In this document: positions 11,456 through 22,100 of the stretch, one piece after another | How positions within the stretch are numbered: the first letter of the stretch is position 1 | Layout: every line of letters starts with the position of its first letter | Assembly: GCA_965237955.1 (NCBI GenBank) | Contig: OZ250169.1 | Span: 7,776,001 to 7,840,000, forward strand | Origin: Candidatus Marinacidobacterales bacterium | Lineage (GTDB): Bacteria > Acidobacteriota > Vicinamibacteria > Marinacidobacterales > SMYC01 | Reading direction: 5' to 3' | Length of the DNA: 64,000 bases | The notes under the pieces: generated by a model | Told to the model about the DNA's origin: nothing | Seen by the model: the letters and a program-made list of their open reading frames with translations, nothing else | The model's database searches: none | Position numbers and translations under genes: made by a program

Positions 11456-14400
11456 CTATTGCGAAGGGGACTCCCGTCCCGCCACGATCCGTGGCAGGTT
11501 GTTCTCCTCGAGTGTTTGGTTGAATGCGGGTAGCTCGTTCTCGAGCAGCTCATCTAGCTCCCGATGGTATTGCTGGAGCATCCCCTTGAGAAGCTGGTGC
11601 ACCTCGTGATGTTGGTCGATCGGCCGGAAGTCGGCAACCGCGACCGCTCCGGCCAGGTAGGCGATCTTGCCCGCCAGCATCGCCGGCCAGCGGGCAAAGT
11701 CCTGACCGGTGCCGGTAGCCCGCAGTTGGAGCATGTTTCCTTCCAGAGTGACGAACGTACCCGCAAGCTCGTCGGCGTTCGAGACCATCGCCTCGGGGTC
11801 AACTGCTAGCTCCTTCGCCACGGCCTGCAGGTCCCGGAGCTGGCGGCGGATCCATTCGATACGGTTGATCGAATCGGCCAGGGCGCTCATGTCCTTGTGG
11901 AGCTCGAGCATCATCTCGGTTTGAAGCCGGATATCTTCCTCGGTGCCCTTGGAGTGCGGGTCCTTGAGAACCTGGAGCTCCTGGGTGTACTCTTTGTCAC
12001 CCATTTGAAGCGTGAGGTTGTAGGTGCCCGGAGGCATCAGCACGGAGACGCGCCTTACGGGATGGGAGCGCGTGCGCTCGTCGGAGAGCTCGACCCAGTC
12101 AGCATAAAGCGGCTTGGTTCGTAGTTTGATCTCGGTCGAGCGCTCACCCTTGAGGTCCCACCAGATGCGGTTGATTCCAGCGTCCTTAGTGCCATCGAGC
12201 GTGCGCACCGTCTCGCCATCCGCGGTCTTGACGATGATCTTGACGTCTCCTTCCTGCGTGTCTTTTAGCCAATAGTTGATCGAAGCTCCGTAGGGCAGGT
12301 TCTCGCCGGCCGACGGGTCGTTGAACATGGTCATCGGCGCGGTAATCGGTCGGAATCGGTACGCTTGCCGGGGCTCGAAGAGGTGCGCCTCCGAAGCCGC
12401 GACCTCTGTCGTGAGCTGCTGGAGCGGCGTGATGTCGTCGAGGATCCAGAAACCGCGGCCGTAGGTGCCGACGACGAGATCGTTGAAGTGCTCCTGTACC
12501 ACGAGCCAGTACATCGGTGTCGAAGGCAGGTTGTTCTGAAACGATTGCCAGCTGGCGCCGTCGTTGAAGGAAACATAAAGGGCGTTCTCGGTGCCGAGGT
12601 ACAAAAGTCCCGGCCGCGACGGATCTTGGCGAATGTTCCTCGCGTAGCTCAGGACGGAGTCGGTGATCCCGCTCGTGATCTTCGTCCAGCTCTCCCCGAA
12701 GTCCTCTGTCTTGTAAACGTAAGGCTCGAACCGGCCCACCTCGTGGAAGTCGACGGTGATGTAGGCTTTGCCTGCGTCCCACCTGGAGGCGTCGATATTG
12801 CGCACGGTGCCGAGAGGCGGAAGGTCGGGGATGTTCTTACTGACGTTCGTCCAAGTCTCGCCGCCGTCGCGGCTCACGTGTACGAGGCCGTCGCTCGAGC
12901 CGGCCCAGAACACACCCTGCTCGACAGGCGACTCGTCGAAGGCGTAGATGACGCAACAGTATTCGACGCCAACATTCTCGGGCGTGATACCGCCAGAGAT
13001 GCCCTGCTTCTCCGGATCGTTGCTGGTGAGGTCGGGGCTGATGACGTCCCAGCTCTGTCCGCCATTGGAGGTGCGATGGACGACCTGGCTGGTCACGAAG
13101 ACCGTGTTGTGATCGTGCGGGGAGACGAGGATCGGGAACGTCCATTGGAATCGGTACCTGACCTCGGCGGCGTGCCATCCCACTGTGCTTTCAGGCCAGA
13201 CTTCCACCTGACGATACTGTCGGGCGCTCTCCTCGTAGCGAACCACGATACCGCCGACAGCGCCGACGCCGGAGGCGCTCGACCAGATGACGTCCGGGTC
13301 CACCGGATCCGGCGTGGCGAAGCCACTCTCACCGCCCCCCACGGAGTGCCACATCCCGCGCGGGATACTTCCGCCACCGGAGCCACCGCTCGTCCGGCTG
13401 TTGCTCGGGCCTCTCGTCGACGGCCCGTCCTGGCGGTTACCGTAGACGTAGTAGGGGATCTGGTTGTCCACGGTGACGTGGTACATCTGACCCAACGGCA
13501 GTTGGACGCGGAACCAGGACTTCCCACGATTTTCCGAGATCGAGATACCGCCGTCGTGGCTGACGATCATTCGCTCGGCGTTCGTCGGATCGATCCACAT
13601 GTCGTGATGATCCCCGCCCGGAGCTCGGAGCGGACCCGAGCCGGAAGAGCTCGCCACCTCGGTCGTTTTCCCACCGTCGACAGTGCGGCTGAAAGGCGCA
13701 GCGAGAAAGTAGGCCTCATCCGCGTCATCGGGCGAGACCGTGCAGCGTGAGTAGTAGGCGCTGCGGCCAGCCAGGTTGCGGTCGTAGGACACGAGCTCCC
13801 ATTTTCTGCCGCCATCGTCCGAGCGCCAGAGCTCGCCCTTTTCGGTTCCCTCTCCTTCCCAAGGTACCCCGTCGCTCGTCTCGATGAGGGCATAGATCCG
13901 GTCAGAGCTCGATGGCGTCATGCACCCCGCGACCTTTCCCACCGGTCCCTTTGGCAAGCCGTTGCCTTCCAAACGGGTCCACGTGTCACCGCCGTCTCGT
14001 GACACGAAGAGACCGCTTCCAGGACCGCCGCTCCGCCGCTTCCAAGTCTTGATCTCGATCTGCCACATACCGGCGAAGAGGATCCGCGGGTTGTTGGGAT
14101 CCATGACCAGGTCGGAGGCTCCGGTGTTCTCGTCCACGAACAGAACGTGCTCCCACGTGTCGCCGCCGTCGGTAGTGCGGTAGATGCCGCGCTCTTCCTG
14201 GGGGCCGTAGCCGTGGCCCAGTGCCGCCGAGTAAACGATGTCTGGATTCTTCGGATGGATGATGACGCGTCCGATGCGGCCGGTGCCCTCGAGTCCCATG
14301 TGCTCCCAGCTCGTACCGCCATCTGTGGACTTCCAAATGCCATTTCCGATGGAGACGTTCGCGCGGATGAACGTCTCCCCGGTGCCGGCCCAGACGATGT

Positions 14401-14698
14401 TCGAATCGGACGGGGCCACCGCGAGCGAACCGATGGAATGGACCGGCTGATCGTCGAAGATCGGCTCCCAGTTGAGCCCGCGGTCCTCGGTCTTCCAGAT
14501 GCCACCCGATGCCGCTCCCGCATAGTAGATCCTCGGATCACCGGGCACACCGACCACCGCGATGACCCGGTTGCCGACCGGGCCGATGTGCCGGTAACGG
14601 AGCTTCTTGTAATGCTCCGTCGAGATCTCCTGTGCGAGACTCGCCCCGGCGAGGGCAAGGAGAATCGAAAGCGTTGTGAGGGCACTCAGTTTACGCAT
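11456..14698 (-). CDS. VPS10/BNR-repeat beta-propeller glycosyl-hydrolase-like protein (full length)
   Basis: Signal peptide MRKLSAL...AQE after GGAGG RBS; RHIGP, many S-x-D-G-G-x-T-W boxes, DHHDMWIDP, GNRQD. Confidence 0.9.
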   Translation of the reverse strand: MRKLSALTTLSILLALAGASLAQEISTEHYKKLRYRHIGPVGNRVIAVVGVPGDPRIYYAGAASGGIWKTEDRGLNWEPIFDDQPVHSIGSLAVAPSDSNIVWAGTGETFIRANVSIGNGIWKSTDGGTSWEHMGLEGTGRIGRVIIHPKNPDIVYSAALGHGYGPQEERGIYRTTDGGDTWEHVLFVDENTGASDLVMDPNNPRILFAGMWQIEIKTWKRRSGGPGSGLFVSRDGGDTWTRLEGNGLPKGPVGKVAGCMTPSSSDRIYALIETSDGVPWEGEGTEKGELWRSDDGGRKWELVSYDRNLAGRSAYYSRCTVSPDDADEAYFLAAPFSRTVDGGKTTEVASSSGSGPLRAPGGDHHDMWIDPTNAERMIVSHDGGISISENRGKSWFRVQLPLGQMYHVTVDNQIPYYVYGNRQDGPSTRGPSNSRTSGGSGGGSIPRGMWHSVGGGESGFATPDPVDPDVIWSSASGVGAVGGIVVRYEESARQYRQVEVWPESTVGWHAAEVRYRFQWTFPILVSPHDHNTVFVTSQVVHRTSNGGQSWDVISPDLTSNDPEKQGISGGITPENVGVEYCCVIYAFDESPVEQGVFWAGSSDGLVHVSRDGGETWTNVSKNIPDLPPLGTVRNIDASRWDAGKAYITVDFHEVGRFEPYVYKTEDFGESWTKITSGITDSVLSYARNIRQDPSRPGLLYLGTENALYVSFNDGASWQSFQNNLPSTPMYWLVVQEHFNDLVVGTYGRGFWILDDITPLQQLTTEVAASEAHLFEPRQAYRFRPITAPMTMFNDPSAGENLPYGASINYWLKDTQEGDVKIIVKTADGETVRTLDGTKDAGINRIWWDLKGERSTEIKLRTKPLYADWVELSDERTRSHPVRRVSVLMPPGTYNLTLQMGDKEYTQELQVLKDPHSKGTEEDIRLQTEMMLELHKDMSALADSINRIEWIRRQLRDLQAVAKELAVDPEAMVSNADELAGTFVTLEGNMLQLRATGTGQDFARWPAMLAGKIAYLAGAVAVADFRPIDQHHEVHQLLKGMLQQYHRELDELLENELPAFNQTLEENNLPRIVAGRESPSQ

Positions 14699-14876
14699 GG
14701 TAACGCCTCCAGTTCGACGAACCATCACTCCCGCCCAGCCACGACGCGGGGCAGATTCTGCTGACGGATAGGATTGATGACCGCGGGTGGTACTGTCAAA
14801 TGGAGCTGGTGACTGACAGAATGGGCCAATGAACAGCAAGTAGGAGCCCGCTTCAGCGGGCGTTGGAAGAGGCGGG

Positions 14877-16364
14877 CTATCTTCTGGCGCTGTACAGCAC
14901 TTCGCCGTGCTCATCCCGCCAGATGAGTTCGAGCTGAGCGCGGTCGCCGCCGGTTCCCGGTGACACCTCGACCTCGAGAAAGCCTCCAGAGCGCGGATCC
15001 TGGTAGTAGGGCTGTTGGATCAGTCCCTCTGGATCTGTCGATTTGGGATCTCCCGGCTTGCGGCCCAGCCGAGAATTGACGTCGATGAGTGCGCCGGTGG
15101 AGAACTCCTCGATGCCGCTGGGATCGATGGAGTGATACTGCCAATGCCGGTCCCCGCAGATGATGTAGAACCCCTTCTCGGCGATGCCGGTCTCCTCGAG
15201 CCAGGCAAAAAACTCGTCCCGCTCCGCTCGGAAACCGCCGATGTTGGTGTGGTTGTCCTTCTTGCGTAGATCGTCCGGACCGATCATCGGGGTGGGGGAG
15301 ATGAGCAGCTTGTATGTGGCGTCGCTTTCACTGAGGGTTCTCTTCAGCCAGGCCTTCTGCTCCCTGCCCCAGATCGTCTTTTCGGGCCCGTCCGGCGTCG
15401 CGTTCGGGCTGCGGTAGATCCTGCCCTCGGGCAACCATATCTGCAGGTCCCGGGATATCCGATGTGTGCGGTAGGTGAGGGGGTTGGGGTCGCCCATCTC
15501 GGAGTACGGCAGCTGCTCGAGCATGATGCGTTGCCCGAGCTCGGGAGAGGGCTCATAGTCGCCGGAGTTGTCGCAGTCGTCGATACGGTAATCGTGGTCG
15601 TCAATCATCCAGTACGTCGGCGTTTCGGCGAACAAAGCTCCATAGCGCGGCTGCACGAACTGTTCGTGCCATTTCTGGCGGAGCTCCGAGATCGTCTCCG
15701 CTCGGGGGTCGCTGGGAGTGTCGTAGTAAACGTTGTCGCCCGTGCCGACCAGGAAGTCCGGCTTCAGCTTCAGGATCGACGCGAGTGCGGGGTAGCCCAG
15801 ATGCTTGTCCGGTCCGGAGTAGGGGTCGGGCCGACTGGTGTTGTTCTGGAGCGGATGCTCAGCTCGGTCGATGTCGTAACTGCCGTGAAACTTGGCGTAG
15901 TTCATTCCCGTCACGACCACGAAACGAATGGGCTCTGCCGAGTCTGCTCCCGGCAGAGTCTTGAAACGTGCGGTCGGTCCGTCCCGAAGCCGATCTGTCG
16001 TGGGACCAATGCGCGTCGTGCAGATGTATGCCGTTCCCGGCGCCAGGCCGGTGAAAGCCGTTCGCGCGATGAAGTCGTGCTCCGGGCTGGCCTCTGCCCT
16101 TTGAGTCGCCGGCGTCTCAGTGGAATCAGCCTCGGCTTTCGCAAGGGTGAACTCCACGACGCCAGGCGCCCCGGGTACATCCTGGTCAACCAGCTGCTCT
16201 GTCTCAGTCAGGCGGACCTGAACCAGCGCCTTGTCGACAGTGACCTCTCCCACCAGGACACCCATTGCGGAATGCACCTTGGTGGCCGATTCGGGCGGGT
16301 GGCCGCAGGCGACCAGGAGGGCGGCAGGCGCCGCCAGCAACAGCGATTTGAAGAGCGGGGTCAT
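14877..16364 (-). CDS. phoD: PhoD-family alkaline phosphatase lipoprotein
   Basis: Lipobox LVAC; TGDNVYYD, IDDHD, WGREQKAWL, CGDRHWQY. Confidence 0.8.
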   Translation of the reverse strand: MTPLFKSLLLAAPAALLVACGHPPESATKVHSAMGVLVGEVTVDKALVQVRLTETEQLVDQDVPGAPGVVEFTLAKAEADSTETPATQRAEASPEHDFIARTAFTGLAPGTAYICTTRIGPTTDRLRDGPTARFKTLPGADSAEPIRFVVVTGMNYAKFHGSYDIDRAEHPLQNNTSRPDPYSGPDKHLGYPALASILKLKPDFLVGTGDNVYYDTPSDPRAETISELRQKWHEQFVQPRYGALFAETPTYWMIDDHDYRIDDCDNSGDYEPSPELGQRIMLEQLPYSEMGDPNPLTYRTHRISRDLQIWLPEGRIYRSPNATPDGPEKTIWGREQKAWLKRTLSESDATYKLLISPTPMIGPDDLRKKDNHTNIGGFRAERDEFFAWLEETGIAEKGFYIICGDRHWQYHSIDPSGIEEFSTGALIDVNSRLGRKPGDPKSTDPEGLIQQPYYQDPRSGGFLEVEVSPGTGGDRAQLELIWRDEHGEVLYSARR

Positions 16365-16484
16365 GAGGACGTGACTATATCGTGGACAGATAGGCATTTC
16401 TATCCCGAGGAGCAGTCCGTGGAACGGCTAGATTGAAGCAAATTCTTCGCACGCGAAGCCCTCCCGAGAAGAGGACCTCCGTGA

Positions 16485-16739
16485 TCACGACCCCTTTGTC
16501 TTGAGCTGGGGTTCGTTCTCTTGTATGAAGGCGCGGATGTCGTCTGACATGTCGAGCAGTTTCTCCCACTGCTCCTTGTACAAAGTCACCGGGAAGCGGC
16601 CCAATCCGTAGACTGAGACGCCGCCCTTCTGACTGACTTTGAGGGAGAGCCCCTTCTCGCTACGCTTCTTGAGCGCTTCATTCTCAGTGCGCAAGCGCTC
16701 AAGTTCTTCCTTCATTTGCTCCGGTGTCATGTCGCTCAC
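16485..16739 (-). CDS. Small conserved hypothetical protein
   Basis: Coiled coil then KVSQKGGVSVYGLGRFPVTLYKEQW; AGGAG RBS. Confidence 0.75.
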   Translation of the reverse strand: MSDMTPEQMKEELERLRTENEALKKRSEKGLSLKVSQKGGVSVYGLGRFPVTLYKEQWEKLLDMSDDIRAFIQENEPQLKTKGS

Positions 16740-16772
16740 AGCCGTCTCCTGGGTCGTGGATTTGTGACGCCC

Positions 16773-17135
16773 CTATTCACACAAGTTCGAGGTGAATTCT
16801 AACGGGCGGGGGTGAGCGAAGCGAGCGCCAGCGGGCCGCACCAACGCGGCGCTGTAGTCCCACTTCCGCGCCATGAGCTTTCGGTGCCACGCCAGGAGGG
16901 TGTCGGGCGTGACGATACCAGCCACTTCTGCCAAGAGTTTGCGGCCGAGGGCCTTGCCCTTTGCCGCGAGCCGCCGTCGTTCGTCGTCGGTGAAACGGAG
17001 TCTCTTCCCGCGGAGCCGAGCTTTGAGGACTCTGTTCTCCTCGAGCAAGTAGACGATAGCGGCCTGTTGGTCGCGCTGGATCCAACCAGCGATGGCGACG
17101 ACCAACAATGTCCAGGGCTGGATCGGGGTGCTCAT
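16773..17135 (-). pseudogene. N-terminal fragment of rve/IS481-like transposase
   Basis: AGWIQRDQQAAIVYLLEENRVLK...IVTPDTLLAWHRKL; homologous to 61549-62618; truncated after KWDYS. Confidence 0.8.
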
Positions 17136-17163
17136 GACCTCAAATCCCTAATAAAAAAGTCAA

Positions 17164-18675
17164 TCAATTTTGTATCGCTGACTCGATAAATTCTGCGATC
17201 TCCGCTTTAAACTTGGCGTGGGATGGTTTGTGGATATACATCATGTGCCCCGATTCATAATAGCTAATCTCTATTCGTCCCGTGAAATCGGAATTCAAAT
17301 CCAGATGTGAGACAGCATATTCGTCAGCAAAATAGCTCCTAATATCGTAATAACCGTTAGCAATATGAACCTTAAGAGATTGGTTCTTTCTCATCACCTT
17401 GCGAAGGATCTCTGCACTATTTAAGTAGCGAGGTCTATCCCAGGGCCTGACCTTTCCTCGTAATTCATAGTTCATATCATTTTCGTACTTGAGCTCTGTT
17501 CTGAAGTAGTGATTGATCATTGCAGCAAATGCTCCAGAAATCGCTGAGTGAGCTGGGTCAGATTCGAAGCGTTCACCCGCTGAATCCGAATCCTTTCCCT
17601 TAAACCGGGCGTCAATGGAACCTACTATTTGGTGTTCATCGCGAAGAAGTTCTTTTTCAAAACGGCCGTTATGGATACGCATATTGGTTTGTTCGATATA
17701 TTTGGGAGAGAGTCCGGTGTAGCGGGCTAGTTGATTGATAATTTCGCTCTTTTTATCTGCAGGGAGCTTGTTTCCTTTCATCAGCGCCAAGTTGTAGTCC
17801 TCTAAAGCAAATTGTTCGGCCTCATCCAGGACATCACGCAGATTTCTCCCCTGAAGGTCAGATGGGAGCTTTTTATGAAACCATGCTATTGCCGTGTACG
17901 TAGGCAGAGCCAGGATGAAAGCCAGGTCATTCCCGGTCTGAAAACTACGGGTGTACGGGTTTAAACCAGAAGTGGTGATGGAAACCAGGATTAATCCTTT
18001 AAGATACATTGATTGAGTGTCTCTCTGGAGATATTCAGCCAGCCCTACAGCCCGGGGGACGCCGTAGCTCTCTCCTATAACAAACTTGGGCGAGGCCCAG
18101 AGTTCATTACGGGCTATATACAACTGGATAATTTCTCCGAGATATTCAATATCTTCTTTATAGCCATGAAATTCCCTTGGATTTACACCCTCAACAGCCC
18201 GGCTGTATCCTGTGGAAACAGGGTCGACCATAACCACATCCGACACATCCAGGATGGAGTATTCATTATCTACAAGGCGGTAAGGTCCAGGAGGGGGAAC
18301 TCCTTCATCGTCCAGCAAGACCACTCTTGGACCGAGAGCTCCAATATGAAGCATCATAGAAGAAGAACCAGGCCCTCCATTGTAAGCAAAGGTGATGGGG
18401 CGGCGACTTTTATCTTTTACACCGTCCTTGGTGTAAGTCGTGAGAAATACTCTTGCTCTTGGCCTCCCTGATTCATCTCTAAGAAGCATGTAACCTGCGG
18501 TCGCTGTGTATTTCAGTGGTTTTCCATTTAGCTGGATGGTGTGACTTGTAACAGAGAGAGATGGCTCTGGAACTTTTAGGATTGGCTTCTTTTTGGAAGA
18601 TTCTTGAGCGGATAAATTGGGAAGCTCAAAGATTAGAAAGACTACCAAGAGAACATAGAGACCTTTTCTTATCAT
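17164..18675 (-). CDS. Peptidase S10 (serine carboxypeptidase)
   Basis: Signal peptide; YNGGPGSSS, DPVSTGYS, GESYG, GYYD, GHMMY; visibly lower GC. Confidence 0.92.
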   Translation of the reverse strand: MIRKGLYVLLVVFLIFELPNLSAQESSKKKPILKVPEPSLSVTSHTIQLNGKPLKYTATAGYMLLRDESGRPRARVFLTTYTKDGVKDKSRRPITFAYNGGPGSSSMMLHIGALGPRVVLLDDEGVPPPGPYRLVDNEYSILDVSDVVMVDPVSTGYSRAVEGVNPREFHGYKEDIEYLGEIIQLYIARNELWASPKFVIGESYGVPRAVGLAEYLQRDTQSMYLKGLILVSITTSGLNPYTRSFQTGNDLAFILALPTYTAIAWFHKKLPSDLQGRNLRDVLDEAEQFALEDYNLALMKGNKLPADKKSEIINQLARYTGLSPKYIEQTNMRIHNGRFEKELLRDEHQIVGSIDARFKGKDSDSAGERFESDPAHSAISGAFAAMINHYFRTELKYENDMNYELRGKVRPWDRPRYLNSAEILRKVMRKNQSLKVHIANGYYDIRSYFADEYAVSHLDLNSDFTGRIEISYYESGHMMYIHKPSHAKFKAEIAEFIESAIQN

Positions 18676-18897
18676 TGTATTTCCTCGTTCCTAAGGTAAA
18701 CGTGAGATCTGAGAGTGTGCCAATCTTAGTTGGAAATTGAAACGGCTCCAAACCCCGTGGTTTGATTACGTTGGCAAAAACGACATCAAGCCGCAAAGAA
18801 AGGAGCCGAGATGGGAAGTCTGCTACGTTCGTTCAAGAAACGCAAGAAGTCGCGTCGTTTGGGTGAGGTCGAGGTCGTGATGCCAGATGACCTCGCC

Positions 18898-19168
18898 GTT
18901 CGGAGCGTTCCGCTTGCGTCAGCGCATTCTGTGGTCCGAGAGTGAGTTTCTTGGCTTCGACGACACCGAGGATTTGCCCACCCACACAAAGGGCATAATC
19001 GGCGGGTCCAGCATCAGTCGGGTATTCCTCAACGGCGATGCGGTCGCACGTGCTGAGCGCTCGGTCAGGATCAAACGGAAATACTTCCCACCCGGCAGCC
19101 TTGAGCTCCGGGTCGATGAGGCGCTTCCGCGTCGCACGCTCGGAAAGACCAGGAATTTTGGGCGTCAT
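18898..19168 (-). pseudogene. hsdR: Type I restriction enzyme HsdR N-terminal fragment
   Basis: SERATRKRLIDPELKAAGW, AVEEYPTDAGPADYAL, GVVEAKK, QAE then loss of similarity. Confidence 0.75.
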
Positions 19169-19340
19169 CGACCTCGATTTCCCATCGTAATTCTATGCTG
19201 CGCCAACGAAAGCAATACCGTCGAAGTCGCGACCTCGTGCGTCGAGTGCTCCGCAAACTGAAGAAAGAAGGCAAGGTCGATACTCGCGGAACAGGGCGCG
19301 GCGCTCGTTGGCGGAAAAGGGGGTAATGTCTGATAAAGGG

Positions 19341-20429
19341 GTGCCTTGGTGCACAACTCCGATAGAGGCCGAGAGCTCGCTTGGCCCCGACTCCCATCAT
19401 CCGATCATCTCGCTATCAGGCATCCCGAGCGCCGTCATGGTGTTGAGAATCTTGCACCCGATCCTTGCCTCGACTCTCTGTGCCGCCAACCCTCTCGCTC
19501 GCATCGCTGAGCCCACGATAGCCTTGTAGCGATGGAACGTTGTCTCGACTTTGCTCCGTTTGCTGTAGCCCGATTCTGTGTGCCACTTTCGTTTGCCGAG
19601 CCGAGCTTGTGCTGCAATGTTGCGATTGCGCTGTCGGCTGCTCGCCGGCCCCGATGCGAGCTGGGCGCCCTTGCGCGGCGGTATCAGCACCCTCGGCGAG
19701 CAATGAGCGCTGTGATTCTCGATTGCCTCATAGACGCCGCCGGCGTCGTATGCGGTGTCAGCTCTGGCAGATGAGATGGGACTGTCGATCTGTCCGACAA
19801 GCGATGCAACCCGCGATGAATCGCGGGCTCTTTTGCTCGTCAGCTCGCCGGCGACGACTTCGCCACTCTGCTCGTCGACACACAGATGGAGCTTGCGATA
19901 GTCCCTGCTCTTTGGTGCTCTGCGCAGCTGGCCGGCGTGGACAGCGAGACCGCTGCTGTCGATCAAGATGTGCAACGGCGTCTTCTGCTTGTCTTGGTAG
20001 AAGGGGACCTTACCCAGCTTCGCCTTGCGCCTCGAGATCGTGGTGTGATCGGGCACATCATTGTCTAGCTTCATCAGAGCGAACAACGATCGCAGCAATC
20101 CCTCGCTCTGCCTAGATGACAGATGAAACACCATGCCCAGGGTGACAGCCGTCTCGATGGCGTGGTTCGAGTACTTGCGTTGACGGCCCGGTTTCCTCCT
20201 CCTCGGCCGGGGCGCGTCCCAGTTCACAAGCTTGCCGGCGGTGAGCGAGATCCAGACGGTCAGGCTCCCACGGTTGCGTAGACCCGCCTCATATTCACGC
20301 CAATTCCTCACGCGATAGGCCTTCTTCACATACTTCCGCTGAGTGCGTTTGAAAATGCTCATGGGGAACCTCGAATCCGTGAGTAAAGGACAATTGTGGA
20401 CCGAGATCGCGAGTTGTGCACCAAGGCAC
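19341..20429 (-). mobile_element. IS5 family (IS903 group) element, second type
   Basis: 19-bp perfect IR gtgccttggtgcacaactc / gagttgtgcaccaaggcac; no 9-bp target duplication. Confidence 0.88.
19397..20362 (-). CDS. IS5 family (IS903 group) transposase
   Basis: [59 protein letters not shown]. Confidence 0.93.
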   Translation of the reverse strand: MSIFKRTQRKYVKKAYRVRNWREYEAGLRNRGSLTVWISLTAGKLVNWDAPRPRRRKPGRQRKYSNHAIETAVTLGMVFHLSSRQSEGLLRSLFALMKLDNDVPDHTTISRRKAKLGKVPFYQDKQKTPLHILIDSSGLAVHAGQLRRAPKSRDYRKLHLCVDEQSGEVVAGELTSKRARDSSRVASLVGQIDSPISSARADTAYDAGGVYEAIENHSAHCSPRVLIPPRKGAQLASGPASSRQRNRNIAAQARLGKRKWHTESGYSKRSKVETTFHRYKAIVGSAMRARGLAAQRVEARIGCKILNTMTALGMPDSEMIG

Positions 20430-21284
20430 AAGAACGTCACCATCGACGGCCTGGATATCTTCTACCGCGAAGCAGGACCGAAGGGTGCACCAACCGTGTT
20501 GCTGCTACACGGTTTCCCCACTTCCTCGCACATGTTCCGTAACCTGATTCCGGCGCTATCCGACCGCTATCACGTCGTCGCGCCTGATTACCCCGGTTAT
20601 GGCAACAGCTCGATGCCCGCGCTCGACGCGTTCGACTACACGTTCGACCGGATGGCGGAGATCATCGAAGCGTTGACGGTCGAGCTCGAGCTCGACTCCT
20701 ACAGCATTTACCTGATGGACTACGGCGCACCTATCGGGTATCGGCTTGCCGCGAAATATCCCGAGCGCGTCGATACCCTCATCGTCCAAAACGGCAACGC
20801 TTACGACGAGGGGCTCCGTGAGTTCTGGGATCCAATCAAAGCTTATTGGAAGAACAAAACGCCGGAGAACGCGGATCAGCTGAGGGGGCTCCTCACGCTC
20901 GATGCCACCAAATGGCAGTACACCCACGGAATACGCAACCAGGAGGTCATTAGTCCGGACAATTGGAACATGGACCAAAGCTTGTTGGATCGCCCGGGAA
21001 ACCAGGAGATTCAATTGGCGATGTTCTACGACTACGGTAGCAATCCACCGCTCTATCCTGAATGGCAAGCCTACTTTCGCGAGCACCAGCCGCCGACGTT
21101 GGTGGTCTGGGGCAAAAACGATCCGATCTTTCCAGCGGAAGGCGCGCATCCCTACAAGCGAGATTTGAAGAACCTGGAGTTTCACCTCCTGGATACCGGC
21201 CACTTTGCGCTCGAAGAAGACGGGGCCGTTATCGCTCAGCTGATACGGGATTTCCTCGAGAGGAATCTAGGGACTGGAAGTTGA
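20343..21284 (+). CDS. Alpha/beta hydrolase (epoxide hydrolase-like), native N-terminus replaced by the IS end
   Basis: [35 protein letters not shown]; similarity starts at the IS boundary (about 20428). Confidence 0.85.
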   Translation: MRLKMLMGNLESVSKGQLWTEIASCAPRHKNVTIDGLDIFYREAGPKGAPTVLLLHGFPTSSHMFRNLIPALSDRYHVVAPDYPGYGNSSMPALDAFDYTFDRMAEIIEALTVELELDSYSIYLMDYGAPIGYRLAAKYPERVDTLIVQNGNAYDEGLREFWDPIKAYWKNKTPENADQLRGLLTLDATKWQYTHGIRNQEVISPDNWNMDQSLLDRPGNQEIQLAMFYDYGSNPPLYPEWQAYFREHQPPTLVVWGKNDPIFPAEGAHPYKRDLKNLEFHLLDTGHFALEEDGAVIAQLIRDFLERNLGTGS

Positions 21285-21362
21285 CACTCGAATCGTAAAG
21301 ACGATCTCAATGTGCGCGGCGTGCTCCCGTAACGGGCCGCCGCGACATTTTTCTGGAGAAGG

Positions 21363-22031
21363 GTGATGGTAACGAGAAACGAAGCTGACGGAGAAATCCT
21401 CTCGGTAAACGTGGGTGCAGTGCGCGAGTTCGAATACAACGGGCGGATCGTGAAAAGCGGGATCTGGAAATTCCCGGTGTCGAGGCGCGTCATGGTCAGA
21501 GGTGTGAATCTCGACGGAGACGATCAAGCCGATCGCGGCGTGCACGGTGGTCCGGACAAAGCCGTTTATGTCTACGCCGTCGAGGATCAGAGGTGGTGGC
21601 AAGGCGAAATCGACCACGCTTTGCAATACGGTGAGGTCGGGGAGAACCTGACCACGCGCGGGATCGATGTCACCGGCGCTCTTGTCGGCGAGCGGTGGCG
21701 GATCGGAAGCTGCCTTTTCGAAGTATCGGAGCCGCGGGTTCCATGCTGGAAGCTCGGGGCGCGTATGGGAGATCCGCGCTTTCCCAAGCGCTTCGCGGAG
21801 GCAGGCAGGCCGGGCACCTACCTCCGTATCATCGAAGAAGGTGACATCGGCACGGGAGACGAGATTCGAGTCGTCGCTCGGCCAGAGCGCGGCGTTTCTA
21901 TCGGAGACGTTGTTCGCATCTACACCCGCGACCAGCATGAGGCGACGCGGCTTCTGGCGGTGCCCAAGTTGCCCGACGCCTGGGTCGAGTGGGCGAGGCG
22001 AATGTCGAGAGCGAAGCTTATTCTCGGTTGA
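21363..22031 (+). CDS. MOSC-domain protein (YiiM-like)
   Basis: GDDQAD, HGGPDKAVY, GENLTTRG, EPRVPCWKL, GTYLRIIEEG. Confidence 0.9.
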   Translation: MMVTRNEADGEILSVNVGAVREFEYNGRIVKSGIWKFPVSRRVMVRGVNLDGDDQADRGVHGGPDKAVYVYAVEDQRWWQGEIDHALQYGEVGENLTTRGIDVTGALVGERWRIGSCLFEVSEPRVPCWKLGARMGDPRFPKRFAEAGRPGTYLRIIEEGDIGTGDEIRVVARPERGVSIGDVVRIYTRDQHEATRLLAVPKLPDAWVEWARRMSRAKLILG

Positions 22032-22100
22032 CGTGGCGTTGCTCGGTCCCGATGAATGTAGACGGAGTAATGTGGCCCCACGAGAGGGACATGCGGGCGG

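Noticed and set aside
12365-13750. Long antisense or alternative-frame ORFs (also 15462-16436, 23919-25340, 27508-28659, 59488-60804)
   Set aside because: Shadow ORFs of GC-rich genes with no motifs
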